Part shown: in pieces, positions 35,498 through 37,877 of the stretch | Layout of the letters: every line of letters begins with the position of its first letter | How positions within the stretch are numbered: position 1 is the first letter of the stretch | NCBI GenBank assembly: GCA_021734005.1 | Contig: JAIPJV010000001.1 | Span: 1-37,877, forward strand | Length of the DNA: 37,877 nt | Direction: 5' to 3' | Origin: Fidelibacterota bacterium | Lineage (GTDB): Bacteria; Fidelibacterota; UBA2242; JAFGTP01 | The notes under the pieces: generated by a model | The model's input: the letters and a program-made list of their open reading frames with translations, nothing else | Databases searched by the model: none | Told to the model about the DNA's origin: nothing | Position numbers and translations under genes: made by a program

Positions 35498-36646
35498 ATG
35501 AAAACGATAAAAACGGGTATAATTGGGTGTGGATTTATGGGACAATCCCATATTGAAAATATCCGCCGGATTCCCAATGTTGAGATAACGGCAGTTTCCG
35601 ATATAGTAGAGAATAAAAGGAGGAAGTTAGCTGAATCCTATAATATTTCCAAAGTATATAAGAACTGGCATGAACTTGCTAAAGACCCAGAGATTGATGT
35701 AATCCATAATTGTACTCCAAATCATATGCACTATGAGATTAACAAGTCTGCTATCCAGGAAGGTAAAGCCATTCTATCAGAGAAGCCGCTGACAAATGAT
35801 GAGCAGAGGTCGGAAGAATTACTCAAAATTGCAAAAGAGAAGAATATATTAGCGGGTGTCAATTTTAATTACAGAAACTATCCCTTGATTCAGCATGCCC
35901 GGCAAATGATTAAAAATGGTGAAATTGGTCAAATATATTTAGTTCATGGTCATTATCTTCAAGATTGGCTTTTATATAAAAGTGATTACAACTGGAGAGT
36001 AGATAAAAAAAAGGGGGGCGCATCTCGAGCTATTGCAGATATTGGTTCCCATTGGTGTGATATGCTTCAATTTTTAACAGGTAAAAAAGTAGTCAAAGTC
36101 TTTAGTGATCTGAATATAATTCATAAAACAAGATATAAACCAGCTTCAGAAAGTGAAACTTTCAGAGGAAAAGAAGTAGATAGAAATGGTAATGAAATAG
36201 AAGTCAATACAGAAGATACTGGAACTGTAATATTTCAGTTAGAAGATAATATTAGAGGTGTATTTAACGTCTCTCAGGTTAGCGCTGGCCATAAAAATTG
36301 TTTTGATATTGAAATAAATGGCAGTCAAATGTCAATAGCCTGGACACAAGAAGAGCCTAACAAACTTTGGATGGGACATCGTGATAAACCAAACCAAGAG
36401 CTGGTAAAAGACCCGGCACTCCTTAATTCTGAAAGTAAGTCCTTTGCCCATTATCCAGGAGGACATCCTGAAGGATATCCGGATCTTTTTAAAAATATGT
36501 TTCTTGAATTTTACGAAGCTTTCCGGAATAATAAAACAATTGAAGACAAAGTGAACTTCCCGACTTTTGAGGACGGCTACCAAGAAAATCGAATTGTTGA
36601 AGCCGTATTGAAGAGTAATAATGAAAAATGTTGGATTACATTGTGA
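35498..36646 (+). CDS. Gfo/Idh/MocA-family NAD(P)-dependent oxidoreductase
   Basis: N-terminal Rossmann motif IKTGIIGCGFMGQSHI, the conserved EKP motif (LSEKPL), and a C-terminal alpha/beta domain. ggagg RBS. Confidence 0.85.
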   Translation: MKTIKTGIIGCGFMGQSHIENIRRIPNVEITAVSDIVENKRRKLAESYNISKVYKNWHELAKDPEIDVIHNCTPNHMHYEINKSAIQEGKAILSEKPLTNDEQRSEELLKIAKEKNILAGVNFNYRNYPLIQHARQMIKNGEIGQIYLVHGHYLQDWLLYKSDYNWRVDKKKGGASRAIADIGSHWCDMLQFLTGKKVVKVFSDLNIIHKTRYKPASESETFRGKEVDRNGNEIEVNTEDTGTVIFQLEDNIRGVFNVSQVSAGHKNCFDIEINGSQMSIAWTQEEPNKLWMGHRDKPNQELVKDPALLNSESKSFAHYPGGHPEGYPDLFKNMFLEFYEAFRNNKTIEDKVNFPTFEDGYQENRIVEAVLKSNNEKCWITL

Positions 36647-36679
36647 TAAAATAAAATCGAATAAATTGGAGGATAAAAA

Positions 36680-37606
36680 ATGAAATTAGGATTTTTAACA
36701 GCCTGTCTTCCCCAACTTAGCTTGGAGGAACTTGTTACCTGGGCTTCTGAAAAAGGTTTTCAATCCCTCGAACTAGCTGCCTGGCCAGTAGAATCTGATC
36801 GAGATTATCAAGCTCGTCAAATAGATGCAGATAATTTTGATAAAGATGAGGCCAAAAGAGTAAAAGAACTTTTTAAAAAATATGAACTCGAAATCTCAGG
36901 ATTTGGATACTATGAAAATAATATCCATCCCGATCTAAAGAAAAGAGAATTCTTCCTGAATCACTTGAAAAAAGTGATTAACACTGCATCTTTACTAGAT
37001 GTCGAATTAGTGGGAACATTTGTTGGAGCAAATCCCGATTTGTCACCTGCCGAGAATATTAATGAAATTGGTAAAGTACTGGGAGAAATTGTAAAATATG
37101 CTGAAGATGCAGGGGTAAAAATTATGATCGAAAATTGCCCCATGGAGAATTGGATAAAATTTGGGTTACCAGGTAATTATGCTTTCTCACCTGAATTATG
37201 GGAAGCGTTATTTAATGAAATACCATCTGATAATTTTGGTTTGAATCTTGATCCTTCTCATTTGTACTGGTTGGGGATTGACTATTTACAAATTGTTGAA
37301 GATTTTTCTTCAAAAATATTTCATGCCCATGCCAAGGACGCCGAAATTTTAGTTGATGGAGTAAATCGATTTGGCATATTTGGCGAACAGGTAGATCCCA
37401 CACCATGGAAATCAGGCTGGTGGCGCTATCGTATGCCAGGTACAGGCGAGATTGATTGGGGTAAATTTATTCAGAAACTTCAAGAATTTGGATATGATTA
37501 TGTACTTTCGATTGAACATGAAGACCCTGTATGGGAAGGGTCAGTCGAGAAAGTAAAGAAAGGCCTCCGACTTGGTCAAAAGCATTTAAGACAGTTTGTG
37601 ATATAG
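36680..37606 (+). CDS. sugar phosphate isomerase/epimerase (xylose-isomerase-like TIM barrel)
   Basis: 308 aa. MKLGFLTACLP...GFQSLELA start, IMIENCP and HAHAKD...SIEHED motifs typical of the AP_endonuc_2/xylose-isomerase-like family. ggagg RBS. Confidence 0.8.
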   Translation: MKLGFLTACLPQLSLEELVTWASEKGFQSLELAAWPVESDRDYQARQIDADNFDKDEAKRVKELFKKYELEISGFGYYENNIHPDLKKREFFLNHLKKVINTASLLDVELVGTFVGANPDLSPAENINEIGKVLGEIVKYAEDAGVKIMIENCPMENWIKFGLPGNYAFSPELWEALFNEIPSDNFGLNLDPSHLYWLGIDYLQIVEDFSSKIFHAHAKDAEILVDGVNRFGIFGEQVDPTPWKSGWWRYRMPGTGEIDWGKFIQKLQEFGYDYVLSIEHEDPVWEGSVEKVKKGLRLGQKHLRQFVI

Positions 37607-37740
37607 AATAATTATGATAGATTAGCGAAAATTAGATTTATCCTGATGTAAAAATTCTACTAACTTGAATTATTCAGACCAAAACTGCAAGATTTTAATT
37701 ATCTAATAAAAATCAGCTTTTTTTATAATAGGAGAAACAC

Positions 37741-37877
37741 ATGAATATACCTGGCGTAGATTATATACCTTATGGATCCCAATATTATCGAGCCCCATCA
37801 CCTAAAGAAGAAGATTGGGCAGAAGACCTGAAAAGAATGGCGGATTATGGTTTCAATATGGTAAAGTTTTGGGTTCA
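37741..37877 (+). CDS. 5' fragment of a GH42-like beta-galactosidase (runs off the window)
   Basis: ATG 37741 lies 6 nt after aggaga. The translation MNIPGVDYIPYGSQYYRAPSPKEEDWAEDLKRMADYGFNMVKFWV fits GH42/GH35-type N-termini (Y.PE.W..D...M...G.N.V). It is open to the window end and absent from the ORF track because it is truncated. Confidence 0.55.
   Translation, partial: MNIPGVDYIPYGSQYYRAPSPKEEDWAEDLKRMADYGFNMVKFWV

Noticed and set aside
1-37877. A search by eye for tRNA, rRNA, tmRNA, CRISPR arrays, transposases, integrases and toxin-antitoxin pairs.
   Set aside because: I saw no regularly spaced direct repeats, no GGTTCGAATCC-type T-arm motifs, no rRNA-like conserved blocks, and no DDE, tyrosine-recombinase or serine-recombinase motifs. 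Absence by eye is not proof; tRNAscan-SE, Infernal and ISfinder scans would settle it.

Overview
This is a 37.9-kb window in which every credible gene lies on the + strand. It has two very different parts.

(1) nt 1 to about 8050 is visibly much more AT-rich than the rest. Hand counts of single 60-nt lines give roughly 18-32% G+C here, against roughly 40-50% for lines in the 16-20 kb region; this is not a full computation. This part carries a tight four-gene cassette (296-5475):
- a small coiled-coil protein with a Gly/Ala-rich hydrophobic hairpin;
- two large dynamin-like GTPases, each with ordered G1 P-loop, DTPG and NKxD motifs and a long K/E/N-rich helical tail;
- a small N-terminally membrane-anchored coiled-coil protein.

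About 2.5 kb of gene-poor DNA follows. It contains a 38-bp inverted-repeat pair about 1.9 kb apart, a 123-bp long-stem hairpin or MITE-like element, a strong intrinsic terminator, and a duplicated promoter-plus-operator module.

(2) nt 8052-37877 is a carbohydrate-utilisation locus headed by a LacI-family regulator, with hallmarks of the Fibrobacteres-Chlorobi-Bacteroidetes (FCB) group. It encodes:
- a CUT1-type ABC sugar importer (binding lipoprotein plus two permeases, no ATPase);
- a GWxTD protein;
- FadL-like and PorV-like beta-barrels;
- a TonB-dependent receptor with no recognisable SusD partner;
- two large secreted proteins with T9SS-type C-terminal sorting domains, one an internally duplicated CBM9-like protein;
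- a Cys-type sulfatase;
- several glycoside hydrolases;
- ribokinase and ribose pyranase;
- a Zn-dependent alcohol dehydrogenase (Zn-ADH);
- a Gfo/Idh/MocA oxidoreductase plus a xylose-isomerase-like TIM-barrel pair.

The dynamin-like cassette is my best candidate for an undescribed system. I recognised no rRNA, tRNA, CRISPR array, transposase or integrase. All functional calls come from motif recognition by eye; no database search was possible.
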